Shown piece by piece: positions 1-12,500 of a stretch of 64,000 nt of DNA. Source of the DNA: Hypanus sabinus. Taxonomy: Eukaryota. The stretch spans positions 69,564,001 to 69,628,000 of the forward strand of contig NC_082719.1 of NCBI RefSeq assembly GCF_030144855.1, written 5' to 3'. The notes beneath the pieces were generated by a model, which worked only from the letters and a program-made list of their open reading frames with translations, searched no databases and had not been told where the DNA came from. Position 1 is the stretch's first letter. The number at the start of each line of letters is the position of its first letter. Made by a program: the position numbers and the translations under genes.

Positions 1-389
1 ATCTGCTCCTATATATTATGGGCATAATCTAAGGTTTTCCAACATGCAGGATCTGCTCCAAATCACACAACATCTTGATTTGGAAATATATCACTGCTAC
101 TTTTTCCTTCCTGGATCTGAATCCTAGAAAATGTAGACTGTAGGATGCACAAAACCAAATCTCCAATGTTTCTGCCTGTGTTGTCTAAGCCTGCAACCGA
201 GGAAACATGGACTGGATAGGACATCATCAGTTGCAATTTAGTGAAGTATCTGCAGTGAAATGTAATAGTGAAACTGTCTTATGTGCTCTTGTGAGAGGAA
301 GTCTAGAGTCTCTCCACAGCTTCAGCAAGCTACAACTTGGGTCTTTAGGTGAATGGGTGTCACAGTAAGAAAAAAAAATGTCCTGATAC

Positions 390-668
390 CGTGGGTATCA
401 CGGTAGCTATTTCAACTTGAGACATTGGATTTCAATTCAGGTGTCCACTGTAAGGAGTCTCTGTATGACCTCCTTGTGGAATGAATTAGTTTTCCTGGGT
501 GCTCTGATTTCTTCACAGAGTCCAAAGATGTACTGGGCAGGTTAATTGGTCATGTAAATTGTTCTGTAATTAGGTTAGGGTTAAATCAGGGTTCTAGGGT
601 TTCGCTGAATTGGCATGGCTCAGAGGTGACAGATGGGCCTTCTCCATGCTGTATCTCTAAATAAATAA
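390..668 (+). mobile_element. V-SINE/HE1-like SINE, degenerate
   Basis: V-domain-like gggtgctctgatttcttcacagagtccaaagatg; CR1-like 3' end and aaataaataa tail. Confidence 0.6.
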
Positions 669-834
669 GTTTAAAAAGTGGAGTTTATTCTCATTCTTAT
701 TTATTTCCATTCTGTGCAGGGTCAAGAATTTAATGACTTTGTTAATGAGTCAGTTGCCCATTCAGTTCTACCCACCTCAGCTGAGATTGTATAGAATATA
801 TTCAGAGCGACCTGCAACTGTCAAACCATAAATT

Positions 835-1345
835 GACCAACATTGGCCGGTGCTATCATGTTTGCTGTTGTGTGCTGGGGCAGCAGGCTGAGGGTAGCAG
901 ACACCAACAGAATCAACAAACTCATTCGTAAGGCCAGTGATGTTGTGGGGGTGGGACTGGACTCTCTGACGGTGGTGTCTGAAAAGAGGATGCTGTCCAA
1001 GTTGCATGCCATCTTGGACAATGACTCCCATCCACTCCATAATATACTGGTTAGGCACAGGAGTACATTCAGCCAGAAACTCATTCCACCGAGATGTAAC
1101 ACTGAGCGTCATAGGAAGTCAATCCTGTCTGTGGCCATCAAACTTTACAACTCCTCCCTCGGAGTGTCAGACACCCTGAGCCAATAGGCTGGTCCTGGAC
1201 TTATTTCCACTTGGCTTGATGAACTTATTTTTATTTAATTATTTATGGTTTTATATTGCTATATTTCTACACTATTCTTGGTTGGTGCGGCTGTAACGAA
1301 ACCTAATTTCCCTCGGGATCAATAAAGTATGTCTGTCTGTCTATC
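835..1345 (+). mobile_element. Rex1/Babar-like LINE 3' fragment, copy-A specific
   Basis: ORF 843..1187 (VVCWG...HPLH...TERHRKS...AIKLYN); aataaa plus (gtct)n tail; absent near 17425. Confidence 0.8.
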
Positions 1346-1949
1346 TTAAAACAACCACTCATTATATCTAATATAAAAATGTTAAGCCAAAATATTCACA
1401 AAATGTGTTTGAGGCTAAAGGCAAAAAGCCAGTTGTGATGAAACTCCTTAGTTATAAACTCAAGTCTTCCTGTGCCTCTGAGAACTGAATTTGTTTTCTT
1501 TTAGAAGGATTAATGGATTTATCATTCACATCCTACATTACAAGAGCTGTGGTAAGCGACTGCCCTTCTTCCATTTTCTAGCTGCATGGCATCTGGCACC
1601 ATTCTTGTAAATATTCCCAGGCAGAAAGTTGCAGGAAATGGCACATTTTCCTTCTGCATTGAACAAACACTGAAATCTCCAAAATAATATCTCTTCAGGT
1701 GTTCTTAACTCTCATCTACATTCCACCCCTTGGTGACATCAATGACAACACACAGGTTCCACGATACCTTGCCCTCTCCTCTACCACCCCAACCTAACCC
1801 TTTGCGTCTCTATTTTGAAAGGATGTCAGGAAAAGCAGAAATATCCTTTATTAAATATGGGATACTGATGCCATTGTTTTCAATCCTGTTGCTGAGGTAG
1901 AAGATTAACCATAATGTACTGAAAGGTAGAGCAGGCAAGAGGGGATTCA

Positions 1950-2139
1950 AAATTCAGTTCAAAGTAAAGTTATTATCAAAGTATACAAATATCACTGTAC
2001 ACTACCGTGAGATTCATCTTCTTGCAGCATTCACAGTAGAACAAGGAAATACAATAGATCAATGAAAAATTACACAGAAACAAAGACTGACAAATAACCA
2101 AAATACAAAACAAGAAAACTCTGAAAATACAAGAAAAAC

Positions 2140-2170
<31 letters not shown>

Positions 2171-2655
2171 GTTAAAAAGATACTGAGAACGTGGGTTGTA
2201 GAGTACATGAAAGTGTGGCCATAGGTTGTAGAATCAGTTCAGTGTTGAGGTGAGTGAAATGATTTTCATTGGTTCCGGAGCCTGACGGTTGAAGAGTAAT
2301 AACTGTTCCCGAACATGGGGGGATTAGTAAGAGAGCATGGCCTGGATGGAGGTGGTCTTGTGGATGGAAGTTGCTCTGCTTTCTTATGGCAGAGCTACTT
2401 GTAGATGTGTTTAGTGATGGGGGTGGCCTTTCCTGCAATGGACTGAGCTGTATCCACCACATTCTATTGGATTTTCCATTCTTGGACATTGGTGTTTTCA
2501 TAACAAGCAATGATGCAACCGGTCAGGATACTCTCTACTGTGCATCTGTTGAAGTTTGCCCAAGTTTTAGACAACATGGCAAATCTGCACAAACCTCTGA
2601 GAAAGTAGAGCCACGGCCATGCTTTCTTTGTAATGGCACGTACATGCTGGTCCTG
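1950..2655 (-). mobile_element. Decayed Rex1/L2-like LINE 3' end
   Basis: Minus-strand remnant (LYFLRGL..F...TNFNRC...HPGHAL) with A-rich 3' UTR; paralogous remnant at 17515-17865. Confidence 0.55.
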
Positions 2656-2713
2656 GGATAGGGATAAACGTATGATGATCCTTTGCCACTGTCATGAACC
2701 ATGCAGCTCACAC

Positions 2714-2727
2714 GAGAAACGGAAACT
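2714..2727 (-). promoter_or_regulatory. Consensus ISRE (AGTTTCCGTTTCTC), copy 1
   Basis: Matches AGTTTCNNTTTCYC; lies in a block about 97% identical between the duplicates. Confidence 0.4.
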
Positions 2728-3067
2728 CAACACCCAACAGATCAACTGGCAATGTGCATGAGAGGCCAGTGCTCAATGTGACAGATTTAATTGGCCAATG
2801 GGGCCTTTCAGGGTATAGAAAATGTGGATGTTTGGTTTACATAATTTTGAAGGAGTAGGCCATACAGTCATTAATAAGGTCACAGCTGAATGTTTAGAGT
2901 GCTGACACTTCCTTACACAATCCCCATATTTTTCAACTCCCTAATATCCAAAAGCCTAGCAACTTATTATTATCACTATCTAGTGTGAAATGAAATACGT
3001 TGTTTTGCATCAGCACTGCACTGCAAAAATATAACATCACAATTAATTACATAATAAATATAGAGTG

Positions 3068-4400
3068 CGATTGGTTATGGCACACATCAACCATAGCCTA
3101 CTGGTCAACCCTGACGCTTTGCAATTCACCTACTGGAGCAACAGGTCAATGGCAGATGCCATCTCTCTGGCACTACACTCTTCCTTAGAACACCTGGAGA
3201 ATAAAGATGTATCTGTAAGGCTCTTTTTCATTGACTACAGCTCTGCCTTTAATACCATCATTCCAAATAAACTGATTCCTAAGCTCTGGAACCTGGGTCT
3301 TAGCACTCAGATCTGCAGCTGGATCTTCAACTTCCTCACAGACAGGACCCAGGCTGTAAAAATAGGGGACAAGCTCTCCTCTACAATCACTCTGAGCACT
3401 GGTGCCCACAAGGCTGTGTACTTAGCCCCCTGCTGTACTCACTGTACACCGATGATTGTGTGGCCATGATTGTGATTCAATCGAACTCAATATATAAGTT
3501 TGCTGCTGACACCACAATTGTAGGCTGTATCTTGGGTAATGATGAGTCTGAGTACAGAGAGGAAATTAAGAACCTGGTGGCATGGTATGAAGACAATAAC
3601 CTATCCCTCAACATCAGCAAGACGAAGGAATTGGTTGTTGACTTCAGAAAGAGTAGCGGACCGCACGACCCCATCTACATCGGTGGTGCACAGGTGGAAC
3701 AGGTCAAAAGCTTTAACTTCCTCGGGGTGAGTATCGCAAATGACCTGACTTGGTCTAACCAAGCAGAGTCCACTGCCAAGAAGGCCCACCAGCGCCTTTA
3801 CTTCCTGAGAAAGCTGAAGGAATTTGGCCTGTTCCCTAAAACCCTCACTAATTTTTATAGCTGCACCATAGAAAGCATTCTTCTAGGGTGCATCACAACC
3901 TGGTATGGAAGTTGTCCTGTCCAAGACTGGAAGAAGCTGCAGAAAATTGTGAACCTAGCCCAGTACATCACACAAATCAATTTTCCATCCTTGGACTCAC
4001 TTTACACCACACGCTGTCAGAGCAGTGCTGCCAGGATAATCAAGGACACCACCCACCCAGCCAACACACTTTTTGTCCCTCTTCCCTCTGGGAGAAGATT
4101 CAGGAGCATGAAGATTCGTACAGCCAGATTTGGGAACAGCTTCTTTCCAACTGTGATAAGACTGCTGAATGGACTCTGCCCTGGATCTGGGCCGTACCTT
4201 CCAAATATCCGGACCAGACTTGCACTACCTTACTTTCCCTTTTCTATTTTCTAATTATGATTTATAATTTAAATTTTTATTCTATTTACTTCAATTTGTA
4301 CTCCAGGGAGCGCAAAGTGCAGAATCAAATATCGCTGTGATGATTGTATGCTCTAGTATCAATTGTTTGGTGACAAAAAAGTAAAGTGTAAAGTATAAGT
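3068..4400 (+). mobile_element. Rex1/Babar LINE, 5'-truncated, frameshifted RT
   Basis: ORFs 3065..3469 and 3460..4254 ([35 protein letters not shown]); (gtaaa)n-like tail; absent in copy B. Confidence 0.9.
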
Positions 4401-4414
4401 ATAATCTAAAAAAC

Positions 4415-4835
4415 TTACTGCATCAGAGCCTGGTGTGGAAGCTTCAGTGCACAGGTACAAGGCTGCAAAGGGTTGCAGATACAGCCAGCTCCTTCACAGG
4501 CACAGCCCTCCCCACCATCTAGGAGATCTTCAAAAGGCAGCATTTGCCACTAAGCACTCTGAGCATCCAGGACATGCCCTCTTCTCATTACTGCCATCAC
4601 TGAGGAGGTACAAGAGCCTGTAGACCCACTCTCAACAATTTAGTAACAGCTTCTTCCCCTCTGCTATCAGATTTCTGAACATTCCATGAACCCATCCACA
4701 AGACCTCGTCATTTTATTTTTACACACTCTATATTTATTTTGTAATTAATTGTAATGTTATGTTTTTACAGTGCAGTGTTGATGCAAAACAACGTATTTC
4801 ATGTCACAAAAGATAGTGATAATAAACCTGATTCT
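4415..4835 (+). mobile_element. Decayed Rex1/L2-like LINE 3' end
   Basis: [19 protein letters not shown] motif; paralog at 18200-18575. Confidence 0.6.
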
Positions 4836-6206
4836 CATTTGTTTTGAATGTACTGAACCTTTGGGCGCCATCATTCCTCTTGGCCAGAGAATTCCAGAAA
4901 CGTGCTATTCTCTGGTGAAGAAATTTCTCACTGTCACTGTCTTGAATAATATGACACTAATTTTGAGACTGAGGACTTGTTTTGCAATTCTCAGCCAAGG
5001 GAAGCATAAGTCCTTATGTATATCCTCTCAAGCCTGGTAAAAGTTTTGCATATTTCAATGTTTTATAATTTAATTTTCAAGAGAGTGAAAGTCCAATATG
5101 CTTAACCTCTCCATGTTTAACAAACTCACCATTTCAGAATCAATCCAGCGAATCTTTGCTTTATCTGCTGTTCTTTCCTTCCACCTCAGTGATGTCCTTT
5201 TATCTTCCACATTGTATTCCATCTGCCATGTCATTCTACATTCAATTAGCCTGAAGCTCCCTGGTCTCCTCTGCACAGCCCATAGTGCTACCTAAGCCTT
5301 TATTATAATCAAATTTGGATATGTTGTTCCTGCTCCCCTCATCCAAATCACTGATATATTTTATTGAAAGATACAAAGACTCACTAAGATACTAATGATG
5401 ATTTACAATGACTAACTAAGCTACTAACTGGTACATCTTTGGACTGTGGGAGGAAACTGGAGCAAGTGATGAAAACCCATGAGTACTCAGGAAGGAAAGT
5501 ACAAACTTGCTTACAGAGGATGTGGGAATTGAAATATGAACACCAATGACCCAAGATGCAATGACAAGATGCAATTTCTATCTGTTAATCAATTCATCTC
5601 AAGATCCAACAACATAAGGAAATAGGAAGAGGGGTATGCCACAATCTTACCTTGGCTGAGAATTGCAGAACAAGTACTCAGTCTCAAAATTAATGTCATA
5701 TATGATTCAATATAATCATAGCAGGCCTGTCACTGTCCTCATTCCCCTTCTGCAGCAATTCTCCAGTTGACCCTCTGTTCCCTGATGATTCAAATAATAA
5801 TGCACACTGCCTCTTTAAATACTCCCAATGATCCTGGCTCTACAACTCATCAGAATATCAGTGTTACACACACAAAGTACTGGAGGAGCTCAGAAGGCCA
5901 GGCAGTAACTATGGAAAAGGGTATTGTCAACCCTAATGTGTGTCCTGCCGAAGGGGCTCAGCCTGAAATGCCAACAAACTCTTCCATAGATGCTGCCTGG
6001 CCTGCTGAGTTCCTCCATCACTGTGATATGGTGTTCTTTTTGGGTTTATTTTGAGTATGCTCTCTTGTGATCTATTTTCCCTATCAGTGTAAACCTCACA
6101 CTGATAACAGTTTCAAACATTGAAGTGTGATTCCACAAAATTCACATTCAGAGATATGTAGGTGAATCAGCCAACTTGATGCCTTCATCTAATAAAGCAC
6201 ATAAGG

Positions 6207-6212
6207 TTTATT
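6207..6212 (-). terminator. Candidate polyadenylation signal, gene 1
   Basis: AATAAA about 195 nt after the stop; conserved in the gene 2 paralog. Confidence 0.5.
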
Positions 6213-6407
6213 TGTTATTTGCAAAATTATTACAGCAAAAAAAAATCATTTTCCTGCTTGAAAATATGCACAATTTTTCCATAGAGACAAGGGCTTTGAA
6301 CCACAATGTCTGTAAAATTGAAACGTAAAGATTATTTTTAATTCCAGAATAGCAGTGAGCTACAGAAGACATAATCATGAAGAAAACACAAGTATTTTTT
6401 GTAAGAT

Positions 6408-6560
6408 TTAATCTGTTAGTTTCTGAATCCACTGAATATATTCTTCTGTGATCCTTGTATAGACACCAGGCTTTTTGGGAAGTCCACAAGTTTTTTTATA
6501 TCCAAAGGATACAATTCCTCTGAGTTGCTTGTTACAAACCAGTGGTCCACCTGAATCTCC
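6408..6560 (-). CDS. Gene 1 exon 5 (GDSGGPL catalytic Ser to TAA)
   Basis: ttttag|GGAGATTCAGGTGGACCACTG; translates [50 protein letters not shown]. Confidence 0.95.
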   Translation of the reverse strand, partial: GDSGGPLVCNKQLRGIVSFGYKKTCGLPKKPGVYTRITEEYIQWIQKLTD

Positions 6561-9500
6561 CTAAAATAACAAGAAAGATAGATTACTGGAAGATTGTTGG
6601 AATCTCTTATCCTCTTAGCTCCACTCTGCCATCTTCTCCCCATAACCCCTGACGCCCACACTGATCAAGAATCTATGAACCTCCTCCATAAATATACTCG
6701 ATGACATAGCTTCCACATCTGTCTGAGACAGTCAATTCCACAGACTAACCATCCACTGGCTAAAGAAAATTCCTCAACATCTGTGTTTGAAAGGGACTTC
6801 CTTGTATTCTGAGGCTGCACCCAGACTCCCCCACTATAGGAAACATCCTCTACAAGTCCAAACTATCTAAGCTGTTCAGTATTCAATAGGTTTCAATGAG
6901 ATCCTCATTCTTCTGATAGATTCAGTTTGATAAAATCTATTAAGCAGCCTCATAGTGCCAGAACAGATTGAATCTGAGCTTGCATAGAAGACAATTCTAA
7001 TTATGTTCAGTTATTGCTACCATACTTTTTTCAATCCAACTTACAAAGCATGCATCTCTCCCTTCCTTTTTGTCGCCAGCACAAAGCATATTCTCAGTTA
7101 TTAAGGGCTGGTGGTCGTAATACTTCCGACTGTTGCACTTTTTTCTGTCTATGATGGTTACGTTTGCTTCTCTGAGGCAATCAGATGCTTTGTCTGAGTT
7201 TGATTTTGTTGCTCCCCATCCCGCAACCGTGCAGACCGTTTGGTCTTTCAAATCCGAAGCCTCTCGTGGCAGTGGTAGAAGGCCCACATACTCATTAAGT
7301 TTTGCCTCAGACTCCAGCTGTAGTAAACAAAAGCATTGGTTTTCTCTTATTTCTGCACATAAAATCTCTAGCATGTTAATTTATTTATTTTAATTTAACG
7401 ACACAATGTGGAGTAGGCCCTTTTGACCCTTTGAACCATGACAACCCACCAAACCCTAAAACGTATTCTTAAATATTCTGCGAAGAATATGTTGGTGCAT
7501 GCAACAGGACAGTTATTTGCTCTGGGGAGATCACACAGTATTAAGTATGCCTCCTTCTAATGATCAAGAAACCAGTTGAAAATGGTCAGAAATCCAAGCA
7601 AACATTAAAATAAATGTAGAACATGTGTATTTTTCGTTCTGTCCACTTTCACAGCTCATCTGTAATATCCACCTGTCCTTCCCAGAGGTGCCCTCAGGCC
7701 TAGTAAGTGCCTGCAGCATTCTCCTACTTTTCTTTCAGAAAAATGAGAAAGTCTGCAGATACTGGAAATACAAAGCAACACACACAAAATGCTGGAGGAA
7801 CTCCAGAGGTCAGGCAGCATGCATGGCAATGAATAAACAGTTGATGTTTCATGCTGAGACCCTTCATCAGGGCTGAAAAGGAAGGGGGAAGATGCCAGAA
7901 TAAAAAGGCGGGGGGAGGGGAGGAAAGCTAGCTGGCAGGTGATAGATGAAGCCATGTGGGGGGGGACGGGCTGGCCCAGGAATCTGATAGAAGAGGAGAG
8001 TAGACCACAGGAGAAAGGGAAGGAGGAGGGGACCCAGGGGGAAGTAATGGGCAAGTGTGAAGAAGTGGGATAGAAAAAGACGGGAGTGGGAAGGGAATGG
8101 CTTACTTGAAGGAGAAATGGAAAAGGAGTGGGTATCAGAATTAAGATGTTTGGCTGCTGGGAAGTATTGCTTTTGGTGGATGGAGCAGAGATGCTCGACA
8201 AAGCAGGTCTCCAATTTATGATGGGTCTCACCAATGTAGAGAAGGCCGCATTGAGAGCAATTGAGAGCACCAGGTACAATAGGCAGCCCCAGCAGATTCA
8301 CTGGTGAAGTGTTGCCTCACCTGGAAGGACTGTTTGGCACCGAATGGAGGTGAGGAAGGAGATGAATGGCGGATGTAGCACTTAGGTCACTTGCAGGGAT
8401 AAGTGCCGGGAGGGACAGATGGACAAGGGAATTGTGGAGGGAGCAATCCCTAAAGAAAGTGGACGGGGGAGAGGGATCTCTTTGGGAAGGCAGAAGCTGA
8501 GGAGGATTCCATGTTGGATGTACAAGCTGATGGGTTGGTAAGCAAGGACAAGGGGAATTCTACTACTGTTAATGTGGCAGGAAGATGGGATGAGTGCTAA
8601 TGTTCAGGAAATGGAGATGCATGTGACGGCAGCATCATAGTGGAGAGAGTGAAACACCACTCTTTGAAGAAGGAGGACGTGAAAGCGAAGCCATATCCTG
8701 GATACAGATGCAGCAGAGGTGGAGGAACTGAGAAAATGTTTTTACAAGAGACTGGGTTGGAAGAGGTATAGTCAAGTTAACCATGGGACTTGGTAGGTTT
8801 ATAAAAGATGTCAGTTGACAGTTTGTCTCCAGAGATGGAGACAGAGAGATTGAGAAAGAGGAGGGAGGTGTCAGAAATGGACCAAGTGAATTTAAAGACA
8901 CGGTGGAAGCTAGCAGCAAAGTTGATGAAATTGACAAGCTCATCATGGGTGCAAGAATCAGCAACATCACAGTCGTAAATGTAGCAGAGGAAGAGTTGGG
9001 GAGAATTGCTAGGGAATGCTTTGGAATATGAACTGTTCTATTAACCAATGAGGAGGCAAACATAGCTGCGGATTCATGCGGGTGCCCATGGCTACCCCTG
9101 AGTCTGGAGAAAGTGGGAGGAGCTGAAGAAAAAAAATCTGAGGGTGTGGACCAGTTCTGTCAAACGGGGAACTTTGAATTTTGTTTAGCTTCTTGAATAA
9201 TTTTATTTCTTCATGAATTGAATAATCTGCAGAGCATAATTTTCTGCTTCCAATTCAGACTTTGCATCTTATGAATATTAAAATGACTTATTGATTTGTT
9301 ACTTTACCCTCAGAGTAACATCTTTTTCCCTTTAAGTGAAAACCCTTTCTTTTCCTGTGATGCGACAGCTTTGTGTGATCAGTTCGTAGGTTAGTACATC
9401 AGCTCTTACTCGTAGAAGGGATTTAAGTCATCGGTGAAAGGCTCGTGGGGGATGGGGGTGTGGCACACAGAAAACTGAATGTGTGGAGTCTGCACCCAGT

Positions 9501-12500
9501 TTACAACGTCAGATTTTAGTGATCGTCTTGGAGGCAGAAATGTACAAAGGACACAAGCGGGTGGGTCAAAGCTGATCAGATGGCGGCAGCTACATCACAC
9601 CCACTGCTGATGAGAACATGCGCCTTGAACAGCAATGGCATCCACTTGGGACTGAGAACACCAGGAGCAAGCGTGCCTCCCACACAGAATTACTGGGGGC
9701 GCTCTGCTGAACATTTGCCTCTCGCAGCTGTAGCATTAAAGTGTGCAAACAAAGGAGCATGAAGTGGTGATTACACAGTTTTAAGTTAACCACTATTAAT
9801 CTCGGGAGGTTAAAAGATTTTGATTGGGTAAATCAAAATAACATGGCGAAGGAATGAATGAAACAGGACTTGTGGATTGATTTGAAAATTTCAATAAATA
9901 ACGGGATTTTACTGGGTTGGGAGCTCCTTATACAACTGGCCAGTGTCTGGAAAATAAATAAACTTCAGCCTCTTAAGTAAACAGGAACAGTAAAAAATAA
10001 AATAATTCATTTTTTTGATAGAGAGCAAATACAGAGGTAATGAAAATTACTCCTGAACACTTGGGACTTCAGCATTGCCAGATTAACAGACATTGACAAG
10101 TTGTTTTTGTTATTCCCTCGCTGCCCCCCCAACACACATTTTAATTTCTTTGCTTTAGTAGTTACATAGAATCATAACACATTTTCCAGTGAACCAGGTA
10201 ACGAAGAGAACATGTGGACTGGGACCCAGGTAAGTAGGAAGTGTGGATACCTTTAAACTTTTAGGAATTTGTTTTAATAACAGACTCACATGGTCAACAC
10301 ATATTAAGGAAATAATAACCAAAAGTAAGAAAGTTCTAAATGTTATGAGTTGTTTAATAGGAAAGGAATGGGATTCTGATTGGAAATCCTTGTAAGCAAT
10401 ATATATAGGATTAATAAGATCAGTACTGGACTATGAAAGTATGGTGTATCATCAGCTCAAGAAAGTTCAAGGTCAAACACTAAGGTTAATCAGTGGGGCA
10501 GTAACCACACCAATGGTGGCAATGCAGTTGAAGTGGGGAGACACACCTCTGGAACTGAGGAGAACGCAGCTTGCATTAACCTATCGGACAAACCTACAAG
10601 GGCACAGAGAAACTCATCCAACTAAACAGTTTTTACATCCATGCTGGAGAAAGGAATGAAAGAAAATCAGGAGCTTTGCATGGACTATTGCAGAAAAAGC
10701 AGAAAGAGCAAGAATAAGGCTGTGAGTGCTACGCTGCCTTTCCCTGGGGTGCCTCCACGGCTGTGTGAAGCACTGGGGTGGACTTCCACAAGGAGACAGA
10801 AAAATAGAGAAGTGGTTTTAAATGAAGAGAGGTTGAATTTGGTGAGCCAGTTCTTGAAGCATGGGGATATCTGAATGGTCAGAAAGCAGTTTATTATGGT
10901 CTAACATTTCGGGACCTGAACTTAGATAGATTGCTCCCTTTGTGTTATAATACAACATGGATTACTATAAATAATCAGTCACTTACTTGGAGTAGCATGA
11001 TGTCATTTTCTTTGCTTTTAATGTCAAAACACTCATGTGGAATTTTATACTTCACATTCAATACTTGCTTCGAGGTTTCATTACTTCCCAATGAATCAAT
11101 TCCAAGAACCACACGGACTTGATTTCGTTTAAAGCCACTAAATAAAACATTTTTAAAATGTGGAGAGGATGGATTATGTTGCAAGCAGTTTATTATATCA
11201 TCTGCTTTAAAATGTGTGAGAATTTGGAGACTTTTGAGAGAATTCGAAGTGATTATAGTTATAAACACATAATGCTTGTTAAAGCTCAATTGACCCTTGT
11301 TTGTGATTGAGGAATGCAATGCTAAAGTTTACGTGACTAGGAATTCGAGTCTACTGTAAGGTGGCCACAGGAATGCTGAAAGTGTGTTGGGGCAGCACGC
11401 ACTTTGCGTGCAGTTCCAGTGTGAAAAGGTTAAAAAGTGACGGAGTTTGGAGACCTTGGCCTCACATTATGAGCAGTTGTAAATTCATGCACGTTACAGT
11501 GTGACCCTTAGATTCCCCCTGCTATATTCTTTCCCAACCACTTGAGTAATTTATTGCAGAAAAGGAAAACACAAATATTGCATAGTGTGTCTAATGGAGC
11601 CTTCTGTTTGAGCCTGTTAAGTTCATTTTGATAGGGTCAGGGATTCTATTTCTTGTATTATTTAAGCGGATGCCTGATTAGTGCTAATAGCAGGGTCCTA
11701 GTTTAGAGAATGTAACTTCTTGAGACGTCACTCGGCCAGGCCACTGATGATCTTTGGGAATTGTTATGAATAAAACTCTCATCGCCATTTCTACATCAGA
11801 GTACTGTCTTCCCACTGCATTTGGGTTCCAATATTGCCAGCACACATCATGATGGAAGGATCCTGCCAAATACTAGACCCAGCGAAGATTGAACAGCGAC
11901 TTTTTGATATCGGTGGCTGGAGATGGAGGGTGCCTTCTATTCCCAGGACGTATCCTGAGTTTATATTCCGAGTGTCCCATGTCTACGTACGAAGCTTCTC
12001 TAGTCTATATTTCTGACTTTCTCCAGTCTCCGTTCTGAGCTTCTCAAGTCGTGAGTGTCCAGTTTCCCAACTTCGGGGACCCTTGACTCCCGTAGGCATT
12101 GCAGTTGAGCACTTTAAGCAGGCTTTGCAATAAAATTTGTTTGATTCAACAAACCAACATTCAATTTAACAGTATAAATTTTGGAAATGTAAAACATTAT
12201 GATCAACCTCCTTCCAAGATCCTTCCCTAGGTTTTGATTTCACGTTTCCTGGGTCCTGACAGTTCTTTCTGGGTCTAAGTATCTCAGCCAAAGTGTTCAA
12301 GGTTCTCAAGGACTTTTCAAGGTCGTCAAGGATCTCAAGGTTGTAAGTGCTCCCCGAAGACTTCTAAGATTTTCCAGTGTTTTTCAGTGTTTTTAAGGTT
12401 TTTTCACATCCAGAAGTACTGGAGGAACTCCACAGGTCAGTCCGCATCTGTGGCAGGAAATGGTCAGTTGATGGCTAGGGTCGAGACCCCTCATCTGGAC

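Noticed and set aside
3065-4254. Long RT ORFs as host genes or active elements (also 60066-62374)
   Set aside because: 5'-truncated and frameshifted; the Rex1 copy has the catalytic FADD changed to FAAD.
9601-9640. CTGATGAG as a hammerhead core
   Set aside because: No downstream GAAA or helix II in either paralog; only a simple hairpin.
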